64,000 nt of DNA from Octopus vulgaris (Eukaryota): the NCBI GenBank assembly GCA_951406725.2, contig OX597825.1, positions 35,898,001 through 35,962,000 on the forward strand. The letters run 5' to 3'. The notes beneath the pieces were generated by a model. That model was not told the origin of the DNA, did no database searches, and was given only the letters and a program-made list of their open reading frames with translations. The translations under genes were made by a program, and so were the position numbers. Shown piece after piece: positions 1 through 11,450 of the stretch (positions within the stretch are counted from its first letter, which is position 1; each line of letters starts with the position of its first letter).

Positions 1-578
1 GCAAAAGTTATCTTTGTCTCTGCATGTTACGTGTGTATGTGATGTGAGTATATATATTGTGGGAGTGTGTATGATGGTGTGTATACTGAATTAAACAGTG
101 TGTGTGGCTGCTAGTATAGTGGTATGTGTGGTGACCCTATTGAAGATTGTGTGTGGTGTGGGTGTTGAGAAGTGTTCGGTGTTAGTGTGTGTGGAGTGGA
201 AAGGTGTTTGTGGGTATATGTGTATGTGTATGTAGTGGTGTGTGAAGCAAGTATTGAGTTGAACATTGTACATGGGTATTTGCATAATGGTGTGTGTGTA
301 GTGAGGGTACCGAGGTAGGCAGTATGCAGGTGTGTAGGTAGAGGGTGGGGAGCAGTTGGATGTGAGATGTGTGTGGGGATGATGTCAAATGAAGAGAGGT
401 AGTGAGTTGAGCCTCATATGGCACGCAAAGGAATGAAGAGAGATTAATTGCTGTTCACAGCAAAGGTGTGCAGAGACAGTACAAACACAGACAGATGTTG
501 CAATGAATGACCAGTAGAGCTGAAGCGGTGCAAGACCAAGGTGTCATTGCTGAGTCTGTGAACCAGTCAGCCAATATA

Positions 579-1816
579 TTGGGTCATCCTATAAATAATG
601 CAGTTTTTTTTATACTTCTTTTATTTTTCAAAATTAAGATAAACAAAGTTCATTTTTAATCTAAAATATACACTCCTTCATTTTCTACAATGCTCTTCCA
701 TTTATCTGGTAGACTTGCAAGGCCCCACTTCCAAAATTCACTTGTCTGTGACAAAAAATACTCTTCCAGTACTGTTCTCACCTCATCTACAGAATTCATA
801 TTTTTTCCTTCCAAATGATTTTGAAGACTGTAGAATGATAATCTGATAGGGCAATGTCCAGTCAATATAGTGGGTGGGGCATCGTTTCCCATTCAAAGTG
901 GTCCAGCCTTTGGAACGTCATCCTCACTGTATGTGGATGAGCATTATCCCGATGGAAGAACACCTTTCGTCTTGAAACCAAAGATGGTTGTTTTTCTTCT
1001 AGCGTTGACTTAAGCTGCTCACAGTAGATCTCCTTTGTTATCACTTGGTTTAAGTTTAAATGTTCCAAGTGTATTAAACCTTTCATATCCCACCAAACAG
1101 ATAACAACACCTTACATGAGTAAAGGCCTTCTTTAATCTGGGGTGCCAGTGTTTCTCCTTTCCCTACCCACTGTCTTCAGCGCTTGACATTTTTATAGAG
1201 AACCCATTTCTCATCACCAGTCATTATTTGGTCCAAAGAAGGTTCATTTGTAAGACATGACAGCAATGAAGAGCACGCATTAACTCTCTGCACGTAATTA
1301 GACTTGGAAAGTTTGTGAGGAACTCATTGACCCAAATTGCTGACTTTTCCGATGACACGCAGGTGTCGATGACCAAATCCAAACAGTTACAATGGGATTT
1401 TGTTCCACCAGGGTTTGCAGGATGTTCTCATAAAGCTCTACAGATCTTCCAGAATGAGGCTCAACTTCTAGGCTGTAGTTTCCGGCTCAGAATTTCTGGA
1501 ACCACCATTGACACTGGCTTATTGTCCGATCCCCATATGCTGCATTAATATTCTTTGCAATTTCCACTATGTTGTTGCCTTTATTGAACTCGTAAGGCAA
1601 AATAGACTGAATATGCTCCTTTGTCACTTCCATTATAGCTTTGAAAAAATAACTGTTAAAATTGAACTGCACTCTTCAAAACTTGCACTAAGAATAAGTA
1701 CAAGGTAAAATTACTACCTGCTTTTATAGCAAGTTGATGCAGGTAGTTTATTCCGTCCCCCTCCAACTTTTAGTTCATGGAACTAAAAAAATCACATTAT
1801 TTTAGGGATGATCCAA
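579..1816 (-). mobile_element. Full-length degenerate mariner (DD34D-type) DNA transposon, about 1.24 kb, with a pseudogenised transposase
   Basis: Terminal inverted repeats ttgggtcatcctataaataatg / cattattttagggatgatccaa, flanked by TA on both sides. Minus-strand ORF fragments give mariner motifs LLSVWWDMKG, VFFHRDNAHPHT, MPHPLY, FYSLQNHL, LPDKWKSIVENEGVY and an N-terminal HTH (YEFNKG...INAAYGDRTIS). Confidence 0.92.
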
Positions 1817-2812
1817 TATATATATATATATATATAATAAACACACACACATAGTAGGCTTAATATAGTTTCTGTCAACTGAATTCTCTTACAAGGCATC
1901 GGTAAACCTGGAAAACCGATAGAAGACAGTTATCCAAGGTACAGTACAGTGGAGTTGAACCCAAAATGACATGGTTGCAAAGCAAACTTCTTAATCACAG
2001 TCATACCTGTACCTAGAATTTATTTTTTATAAATAATTTTTTATTAAAACATATCTTTGGGAAACACCATACAAGGGCTACAAACATACCAGACACATCC
2101 AGGGTGGTTATGTACACACCCAGGAATAAGAGCACTACATATAATCACTTTAGGTTACTATGTATACATCCAAAAATATAACTGATGATCAGAGATCAAA
2201 CCAGTTGAAACATAACATAAAAGTAAATATTAAAGAACTATGTTTCATGTCTAAAGGTGACAATGTGTAACCCAATTTTTGTCCTTGCGTAGCAACTGTT
2301 ATTTCCCATTTGATTATCCCTAGAACGTTTGAAAAAAATCGCTGATATTTCCTTCAAACTTTGCTTTTGTTACATTTATTCAAACCCCAAAGAATTCCTC
2401 TCAACACATGACTATGATGCTCCCCTACTATTCCTGCTCACCATCAGAGATGCACATATTGTCAGCCACAAAGGGACATGCTCAATTGGTTACAGTCAAA
2501 CAATTGACGAGCTAATCTGTGGTATTGAGCAGAATATTTGCTATAATAGTATTTCTGCTTGAGCAACTCAGCACTGAATCTGTCAGACATGCAATGAAAC
2601 ATAGTTTTAAAGCATCATGTCCAGGTCACAAAGGCAAAGTTTGAAAGGAAGTGTAGTCATTTCCTTTGATTTCTAGATAGAAGTGAATAGGAAAATAACA
2701 CTTACTGATCAAAGAGAAAAAAAAAAAGAATTACAATTTTGTTACACAATGTAATGAATTTAACAGCCCAAGAAATAATAATCTTGTAAGAGCAACTCAT
2801 ATAGTTACTTAA

Positions 2813-4079
2813 CCCTTTCATTACTATATTTCTGACCAAAATACACCCCTCATGAGTTTCAATTAAATTCTAAAATAATCATGAATTTAGACTAGTTTCA
2901 TTAAACAACTGTAACTTTTTAACTTATCAACATATTAATGTGATATTTGGAACATAATTAAAGAAAGGGTTCTTAATCAATTCTATTGCATAACTTTTGT
3001 CTGAAAGTGACTCTAAGTACAGGTAAATCCAGGTAAACTGAGCAATAGGTAAAAATATAAAAATTTTGTTTAAACATCACCATACAAAATGAATTATCAG
3101 CTAATATTCAATTGGGTATGCAACAAAATTTTGATATGGAAAAATTGTGCACATCATTAGATTATCAGTTGAATTAACGTGAAATAAACTGAAATACTGG
3201 AATCCACCTAATTCCACCGCAAGTTTGACTGAACTAAAAAAAATCGGTCAAAACATAATATACGGTCCTGGTTATGGTATGGAAGTGATAAATTCCAGGC
3301 CACATTGTACCCTAGGCCATGCCGACTAACATTATATTCTCTGTATAAAAACTAAATCCACAGCAGTACCCAGTATTTGCTTCACAAATTTTCCAAACTT
3401 TGATCCCCCATTTTATGGGCTTTCCTGGCATATACTGTTTGTTTACATTCTGTGTAATAGTTTGTTTCCACAGTGATCGCTTCAAACAAGCATACTGAAA
3501 AAAAAAAAAAAAGTCTAACGGTTTCGCTTCCTAAGAAAGATTATGGATAGAGCCCATCTCCTCAGAAAAATTGCTAATAAAAACATTTTAAAAGTTTTTA
3601 CTTCATTCTGATGTAAAATCGTCTTTGCTGTCGCTATCGCCGCTTTCAGTTTCTTCAGAATTGCTGCTTTTGGTTTCAGATACAGAAATATCCTATTCAT
3701 TCTTATACACCACATGCTTTTGTACCTCATTCATTCTTTTTCTCGACATCTCCATATTTTCCATTGAAAAACCTTTAAATTCGGAATCACTGCTTGATAG
3801 CATGAAACTCCTGTCTATTTTCAAAAGTTGAAAAAAAATCGACGCCAAAAAAATGTGGAAAAAATTCTCCCAAAATTCACTGAGTTCATATATCACATCA
3901 AGCAATGTCAGATACTATAATTCAACTATTTACAAAGTGAAATCATGTATTTTCACAAATGTACTAACGAGATTTGTGCTTAAATTCACATTTAAATTAC
4001 AATGGGTACTCTTGGCTGGGTTGGTCTTATGAACCAAAAAATTTTTGGGCCGGCTACAGCCGGGTTAGTAACGAAATGG
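2813..4079 (-). mobile_element. Internally deleted piggyBac transposon
   Basis: Left end TTAA-CCCTTTCATTACT; right end AGTAACGAAATGG-TTAT (degenerate TIR and TSD). Minus-strand translation near 3345-3446 reads KQYMPGKPIKWGIKVWKICEANTGYCCGFSFYT, the piggyBac transposase core. An acidic N-terminal piece (SDSEFKGFS) lies near 3770-3800. Confidence 0.85.
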
Positions 4080-4202
4080 TTATAATTTTATTTTCTTGTA
4101 TGACCAGAGACAAATACTTGGAATAAGGAAAATGTAATGACAAGGGACTTGAGCTGAAATCACATGTTCATGCAAAAATTGTTAAGTTAGTACTAACATA
4201 TA

Positions 4203-4345
4203 CAGGGTGTTCAGGCTAAATTTGACAGTTTGCATTAAAAAAAAAGGAAACACAATATTCCATTCAAAGATAAAAATATTTTTGAAAATCTTTATGCTCT
4301 TTAACTCTATTGACTATTCACCACTACATCAAGCTGTTTCTGAAA
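4203..4345 (+). mobile_element. Truncated left end of the same Tc1/mariner family as 19626-20383
   Basis: TA-cagggtgttcaggctaaatttgacag matches the terminus at 19626 (cagaatgttcaggctagatttgacaa). Confidence 0.55.
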
Positions 4346-4850
4346 AAAGGAGACAAAAAAAAAAAAGAAAAAAGAAATCATCAAATTTAGTCTAAACACC
4401 ATATATAGTTCATTAAAAAGTTAATCAGAAAGAGATTATGCATTGAAGAAGAAACAAATCAATATTAGTCAATGACTAATATCATTTTTTTATCCATTTA
4501 CTTGCAAATACAAGAGACAAATCTAAACAGGTTTCTGTTCTATTCTGACATCATCAGCAAAGAATAGTGGACCTATACTTGTCAAAGTAGTGACAAAGAA
4601 TCATTAGTAGACATACAATATTGTACATTTATCGGTGGAGGAAAACATAACAGTTTAGAAATGAATCAATTCAGAGATATTATCCTCATGTACAGCAAGA
4701 GTTAAGTCAGAGATAGCTTTTTTTCCTAAAGACACAGCGAAGCTAGGAAGAATAAGTGTGTGAGAAACAGGGCATGTGTCTTCTATGTAATGTATTCCTT
4801 GTTTACCAATGCCTTGCGAATGTGATAGTTGAAAACAGTACAAAACCCAC

Positions 4851-4856
4851 TGTGTC

Positions 4857-4919
<63 letters not shown>
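4851..4919. repeat. Compound (GT)n(AG)n microsatellite
   Basis: Read directly from the sequence. Confidence 0.95.
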
Positions 4920-5050
4920 ATGTTTGCATTCTGAGCTTCACATTAAAAATTGCTGAGCTCCAGACAGTGATGTCAGTTGACATGTCCCTGTCTGTTCAGC
5001 AGCTCTCCACTTTCAAAGGTGGGTGGAATGAAACCTGTCTCACTTGTTAA

Positions 5051-5270
5051 CCCTTTCGTTACCAACCCGGCTGAAACCGGCCCTAGCTCTGAGTACAAAT
5101 GTCTTGTTTTCATAAGTTTTGAATTAAAAGCTTCCACCAAACCTTAGTCACAATCTATGTTCCTAACACTAGCTAAATGATAACTAAGTTATTTTACTAA
5201 ATTCTTTGTTATATTTAAAGTAATTGAAAGAAACACTGAGCATCTCAAAATAAATACAGTAACAAAAGGG
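5051..5270. mobile_element. piggyBac-derived MITE, 220 bp
   Basis: Perfect TTAA TSDs at 5047-5050 and 5271-5274. TIRs ccctttcgttac / gtaacaaaaggg. Its left end is the reverse complement of the right end of the 2813-4079 element. Confidence 0.88.
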
Positions 5271-5436
5271 TTAAAGGAAAAAAAAAAGTGTAAAAGTGTT
5301 AGTGAGAGGAAAGACATCTGGCTGCAAAACAATGAATACCTCCAATAATATGGGTTCATCTAATCTATACAAGCAAGGGAAAACAAACATAAAACTGAAT
5401 GCATAAATTTAATATATGTATACATTTTTACACACT

Positions 5437-5490
<54 letters not shown>

Positions 5491-7197
5491 TATATTTCAT
5501 AATCATCATCATTCCATGTTTGCATGTGTTGGATGGTGCGACAGGAGCTGACAAGGTAGAGGACTAAGATCTAGTCTGCTTTGGTTTAATATCTACAACT
5601 GAATGCCCTTCCTAATGCCAACAACACATTACTGAGTGTACTGGGTGCTTTCTGACTAAGCACTTGCAGCAGTGAGGTCACCAACCAACTTCCAAGACAA
5701 AGATTCTTAGCTGAGATGGGGAGTGGTATTGAGGAAGGTGGCTTTGTACCATTTGAGAGGCTAAACGATGATAGGACAGAAACAGCTGTCTTACTGAGGA
5801 GGATATACACACCTTGTCCCAGTTAGAGACAGATGGACAGAGAAAAGATGGTAGTGAAGATGTGCCAGGGCATACCTTCAAGGTATAGGGAAGTGAATGT
5901 AAGCAGAATTGTACAGAGAATTGGGCAGGTTAAGTGAGCAGAGTGAGCATCCTGCATAAAGCTGATCATGGGTGAAGTAAGGCTCTTCAAGGTGTAAACT
6001 GGCAACCAAAAATGTTGATGGTCATGGCAAAATTAAGACTCATTGGAAACTGAGCTCATTTAAATAGAAATGGGACATCATCTCCCGAGTCAACCCAGTC
6101 AACTCTTGTGCATGTAATTGATGCATCTTATGTTCGGGTGTCTCCTGAGATGGAAGCTCGTGTTCATATATCATCAAATCTATTTGTTTTCTGTTTGGGT
6201 GTCTCCTGAGCTTCCCACTGATGCTTTGTGAGGGTCTTTCAACTGTCACCCAACACACAAACATTCAGCGTGAATGATATACTTATACAGAGAAAGAGAG
6301 AGTCTGTTGCAGATATATATATATATAGAGAGGGAGAGTTTATGATGAGAAAAGCATAACAGATGAGAGGATCTTTTCTGATGCTGTCACATTTCAAAAT
6401 TTTAAAATTAAGTGAAAATTTTCAAATTTGGTACACTGATGCAATTTTTCATACTGAATCTGATTTGTGATTCCTTTATTTCAGAAAATTTATTTTTAAA
6501 TGTTGCAGAAGTTTAAAGTTTGACAGTTTTCAGAGTGATAGCTGTCTGTCGTAAAATGAAGCTGAAAACATTATGGCATCGAAGTTTTAAATAAAATGAA
6601 AGCAATTCATGTCTTATCAAGAGAGAGAGAGGGGACTGTAGCCTGCATGAGAAACATAGATATGCAGAGAGTGAGAGAGATTATGGTAAATATAGAGAAA
6701 GAGTATGGTAAATGTATAGAGGGTGGAGGAAAGTGTAAAAAACAGATAGGACATATTGAGAGAAATAGATTTGGCAATCTGAAAATCATATTATTTCTTA
6801 TATCAAATTATATTTTTTGATTACTATTTACTGAAAAGCTTGCCTTTGAGATGCAGATTTTGAAAATCAAATCTGTTTTTCTTGAGGACACACCGGTTCA
6901 GAGCTTTTCTATGATATACAAACAAACATATGCTCTCATTTATATGAAGTATGTGTGTGTGTTATGGAAAGAAGAGTAAAACAACAGAGTGGAAGTGGGG
7001 GAACAATCACAGATGCTAAAGCAGGTGAACAGCACTCAAAGGCTCTGCTCTGAAGATGCTGATATGTAAATGTCGTAATATCTTGGTTGAAAACATTGCC
7101 CACATAATGTATAAACAAACACACACATACTAACATATAAACACATATATAATGTATATATATATATACACATACACATATATAATGTATATATATT

Positions 7198-7710
7198 CTG
7201 GTTCCGTTGCTAGAAGGTGGTAGGGATTTGTTCCCCTGCTCACAATATATCGGATGCAACTGTGTATCGTTAACCAGCTACTGGAGATATCCCCTTGGTG
7301 TTAAAAAAAATCGTAGTAAATAGCCATGCTGAAGTGGCTACAAACATTACTTGCTAGAACAGCTACTGCAATCATCTCTTCGAGAGATTTTAGAACTAGC
7401 TTTTTAGCTTGTTGCAAAATCAGCGACAGTGTGTTGCTTGAATTTATATATATTGCGAGTAGAGGCGAGCTACAGCCATCTCTAGCAGATGAAGTGTCCA
7501 GTAGTGAAGAGAGGCAGAAATAGCCCCAAACCAGACTGGTATGCTGGTTCTGTTGCTAAGGTGCTAGGAGTTTGTTCCCCCTGCTCACAATATATTAGAG
7601 GCAGCTTTGTTAACCAGCTAGAGGAGATGTCCTCTTGAGGTTAAAAAATCGCAGTAAATTCTGCTTGAAAGGAACAGCCATGTTGAAGTGGTTACGAACA
7701 TTACTTGCTA
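7198..7710. repeat. Direct repeat of about 160 bp (7198-7356 and 7544-7710; period about 346 bp) inside TA-rich microsatellites
   Basis: Both copies begin ctggttcYgttgcta and end aacattacttgcta, with alignable interiors (tttgttcccctgctcacaatatat, gttaaccagcta). Confidence 0.85.
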
Positions 7711-7738
7711 TATACACACACACATGTACTATATGTTC

Positions 7739-7773
<35 letters not shown>

Positions 7774-7775
7774 CA

Positions 7776-8367
7776 TTGATACTATTGTGGTCACATGATC
7801 AAAGTTTGAGCTTGATTGCGCCATTTTACTTTTCTGGCTTTGCAGTATAAGCATAGCCGCTCCACTAGCAATGTGCACCAGGGAAGAACAATAGCAATGT
7901 GTACCAGGGAAGAACAATGAGCAGTGATCTGGTTTTTCTGGTTCGAAGGTGTGTCAGGTGCTGAAATTCATGAGAGGCTTTTAGCACAATACAGGGTCAG
8001 TGCACTACCATGGAAAAGTGTGTAGAAGTGGATTGCAAAGTTTAAAAGGGACTGGACAAATGTGACGCAGAGAGGGAGCAGGATGCCCATCAACTTCCAC
8101 CACTGACAAGAAAATTTAGCAAGCTTGAGAGATGGTAATGAGGAATCAGTTCACCATTACCATCTCTTGGATCACTGCACTTTGTTCTTCTTTGGTGCAC
8201 ATTGCTAGTGGAGTGGCCATACTTACACTATAAAGCTTGATCAGGCTCAAACTTCCATCATGTGACCACAATAGTACCAACTATAAGCACGTATGCGCAG
8301 AAGGCAGAGCGACAATAATAAAGACATATAATAGCAAAAATGCAGACAATTTTTGACCTCCACTCCT
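7776..8367. mobile_element. Mariner-derived fold-back element (5' end duplicated in inverted orientation)
   Basis: 7776-7929 is the approximate reverse complement of 8171-8280. The interior encodes a decayed mariner N-terminal HTH (AVIWFFWFEGVSGAEIHERLLAQY...KWIAKFKRG). The right arm runs on to a mariner-like terminus, aatttttgacctccactcc-TA. Confidence 0.75.
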
Positions 8368-9121
8368 AAGTGTGTGTGTTTGTGTGTGTGTAACCATTCA
8401 TCCTTATAAAAGTATCCGGTTTACAAAAATATTAAAATGTGTGTGTGTGTGTAACCATCCATACTCATAAAAGTATCTGGTTTACAAAAAATTTTTAAAA
8501 TGAATAAAAAAGCAGTGGGGTGAATTTGTTCAACTAAAAAGAAAAACCAAAACCATCAAGGTGGTGCCCCAGCATGGCTGCAGTCCAATGTTTCAAATAA
8601 ATAAAAGACAAAAACAAATGTCATGCTGTCAAACTTTTGGTTTATGCAGGGACAGAAATACATCACCACAGCCAAGCTGTAGCAGCGTGATGATCTGTGG
8701 TGACAATCAGTGAGATTCACTGACAAAGCATTAACTTAAGCTGAGGCAAAGTAAAAGACATTTGATCAAAGTACATGGTCAAAGTGAACCTACAATGACA
8801 TCATTATGATGTAAAGTGCTTAACCACACAGCCATGCCGACATCCCTATATGCATGTGTGCTTGTGTTAACCCATTTGTTAATTTTATGCCTGCTTTTCC
8901 ATGCTAGCATGGATTAAACACACACATACCCACATATATACAAATATAGGACAGGGCTCTTTCAGTTTTTAGGTTCTTCTTGCAAAACTTTGGTTATCCC
9001 AATATAATAGAAGACACTTGCAGTGGAACTGAACCTGAAAACACACGGCTGGGAAGCAAACATCTTAACCATACAGTTTTACAGGGTTAAAATTGAATAA
9101 ATATTCTTGATTTATATTTAA

Positions 9122-9484
9122 CTAGCAGTATCGTCTGGCGTTGCTCGGGTTTGTAAGGGAAATAACTAAAAAATGCATTAAAAATGGAAAAAAAATTATG
9201 GTAAATTTTTTTTTAAATCGTTGACTCATCGTAGACATTTTTAGAGAGTTACTTCCCTTATATAATATCGAAAAAAATGCATTAAAATGGAAAAAAATGA
9301 TGGTAAATTTATTTTTAAATCGTAGACTCATCATAGACGGGCGCTAATACCCAGAAGGGCTCGATATGAATCACGACTATAAGATACCCGGTTTTGGTTA
9401 AACTGCACCGCAAAATGTGGGAGTAGTTAGGAATCTAAATTGTAGGAGACAGACACACAACTTGACTTTTATATATAAAGAAGA
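9122..9484 (-). mobile_element. Non-autonomous Helitron, 363 bp, with an internal two-copy repeat (period about 100 bp)
   Basis: On the minus strand it starts A|TC(ttctttatatataaaag) and ends cccgagcaacgccagacgatactgCTAG|T. This gives 5'-TC, a subterminal GC-rich hairpin, 3'-CTAG, insertion between A and T and no TSD. aaaaaatgcattaaaa...gactcatcRtagac occurs twice. Confidence 0.85.
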
Positions 9485-9510
9485 TATTAAAACAGCATCT
9501 CCATTTAGAT

Positions 9511-10000
9511 AGGCACAGGTATAAATGTGTGGTTAAGAAGTTTGCTTCCTAACCACATGCTTTTAAGTTCATTGCTGTTTCATTGACATCTTTGGTGTTT
9601 TTTTTTTATTGCTCACATGGGGCTAAACATAGAGGGGACAAACAAGGACAGATAAAGGGATTAAATCGATTACATCGACCCCAGTGTGTAACTGGTACTT
9701 AATTTATCGACCCAGAAAGGATGAAAGGCAAAGTCGACCTCGGCAGAATTTGAACACAGAACATAATGGTAGACGATATACTGCTAAGCATTTCACCCAG
9801 TGTGCTAACGTTTCTGCCAGCTCACCGCCTTTGGTGTTTTTATCTATAGCCCTAGGATAAACAAAGCCTTGTGAGCGGATTTAGTAGAGGGAAACCGAAA
9901 GAAGCTCATTGTGTATATGTGTGTGTGTGTCCTTGTCTTGACACCATATGGTGATTATAAATGTCATACAAGCTGTCATTCAATTCCAATATTCTGCAAA
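9511..10000 (+). mobile_element. Old CORE-like tRNA-derived SINE (family A), interrupted by the SINE at 9600-9830
   Basis: Head tgtgtggttaagaagtttgcttcctaaccacatg; the element resumes after the insertion with aaagccttgtgagcggatttagtagagggaaaccgaaagaagc. tttggtgttttt flanks the insertion on both sides. Confidence 0.65.
9600..9830 (-). mobile_element. tRNA-derived SINE with a Nin/Deu-like central domain (family C), variant 3' tail
   Basis: Minus strand: head ggcggtgagctggcagaaacgttagcac, then gttcaaattctgccgaggtcgactttgcctttcatcctttctgggtcgataaattaagtaccag, then a tail ending aataaaaaaaa. Confidence 0.8.
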
Positions 10001-11034
10001 AACATGTCCGGCAAAGGGAAATATTACCTTGCTTAGAAATAGACAGATGAAGGCTGATGGGAGGGAGGAAAACCAGTCATAAAAAATCTGCCTCAATAAA
10101 CTTCATGACACACACGCAAACAAAGAAAAGTCAATGTGATGACAATGATGATGAATAATGTTCAAGTGTTCCAACAAATTTTAGAGTCAACTAGATTTAA
10201 ATTTATTCACAGCTTCAGATTTTTATTGTAAACACTCAATTACTATTCAATGCATGCACATATATGAGCAGATGAATGGATGTGTGTGTGTGTATGTGTT
10301 TATATTTATAAAGAATAATTTTGTAAAATTAAATCTGTGAACAGAATAGTTACAAACTTTTCAAAGAAGGGGAGAAGCCTTATGTAAATGTAACAAACAA
10401 AAAAACAAAACTATGATGATGTTAGATCATTGCATTGTTTACTTTAATTTTATGTACATGTGTATGTATGTGTATGTACATAGGTCAAAATCTTGAGAGC
10501 ATTGTTTGTGGAAGAAAACAGTGCATGGTGGGAGAAAGGAATTTGAATCAGATTGCATCAAGCATGAACAGCACAAGAGAGATGTTTGTAAGGGCCTTGA
10601 TGTGAATTTGCCATATTACACTGCCTTGAAGGGATTTAGTTGAACAAATCAACCCCAGTACATATTTTTTCAAAGCCAAGTACTTATTCAATTGGTCTCT
10701 TTTGCCAGACTGCTAGGCTACAAGGACATAAACAAACCAACACCAGATATCAAGGGGTGTTGGGGGATAAATACAGACATACACACACGTATGTGTATTT
10801 ATGTGTAGTATGTCTTCTCCTATACCCTAGACACTGTTTTAGACTAGGGGATAGTAGAAGATACTTGGTTAAGGTGTCATGTAATGGCAAAACAAGCTTT
10901 GTAACCACACATACACAGACACACACACACCTGCATGTGGTCGTGGGGTCTTGGTATGGAAGTTTCAGTGTTTTGAGAAGTGTGGATCCACCTCTTCGCC
11001 ACTAGAACTCCCAGATCTACTCTGACCCCCTCTG

Positions 11035-11450
11035 CATCCGCTTTTCCTGCTAGCATGGGTTGGACGATTTGACTGAGGACTGGTGAACCAGAAGGCTGCA
11101 CCAGGCTCCAATCTGATCTGGCAGAGTTTCTACAGCTAGATGCCCTTCCACTCCGAGAGTATAGTGGGTGCTTTTACATGCCACTGGCACGAAGGCCAGT
11201 CTGGTGGTACTGGGAACAGCTACGCTCAAATGATGTTTTTTACGTGCCACCTGCACAGGAGTCAGTCCAGCGGCACTGGCAACGACCTTGCTCAAATGTT
11301 TTGTTCACATGCCACTAAGGCGACGCTGGTAACGATCACGCTCAAATCGTGCTTTTTACGTGCAACTGGTACGGAAGCCATACAGCTGCTCTGGCAGTGA
11401 TCCTCCTCGGTTGGAGCTGCTAGCGCTCCACTGGCTCGGGTGCCAGCCAT
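11035..11450 (-). mobile_element. Retroposon family B (SINE or LINE 3' end with an (ATG)n-type tail)
   Basis: Reverse complement matches 14245-14475 and 41620-41890 (aagcacccact...gaagggcatccagctgtagaaactctgccagatcagattggagcctggtgcagcc...aacccatgctagca). It carries internal about 60-bp repeats (gctcaaat...ttttacgtgccac). Confidence 0.8.

Noticed and set aside
91-424. His/Thr-rich minus-strand ORFs
   Set aside because: They are translations of a degenerate (GT)n tract. The same applies to the YIYI, CVCV and ERER ORFs elsewhere in the window.
11200-11400. Repeats with a period of about 60 bp that superficially resemble a CRISPR array
   Set aside because: They are degenerate internal repeats of a retroposon in eukaryotic DNA, with no unique spacers and no cas genes.
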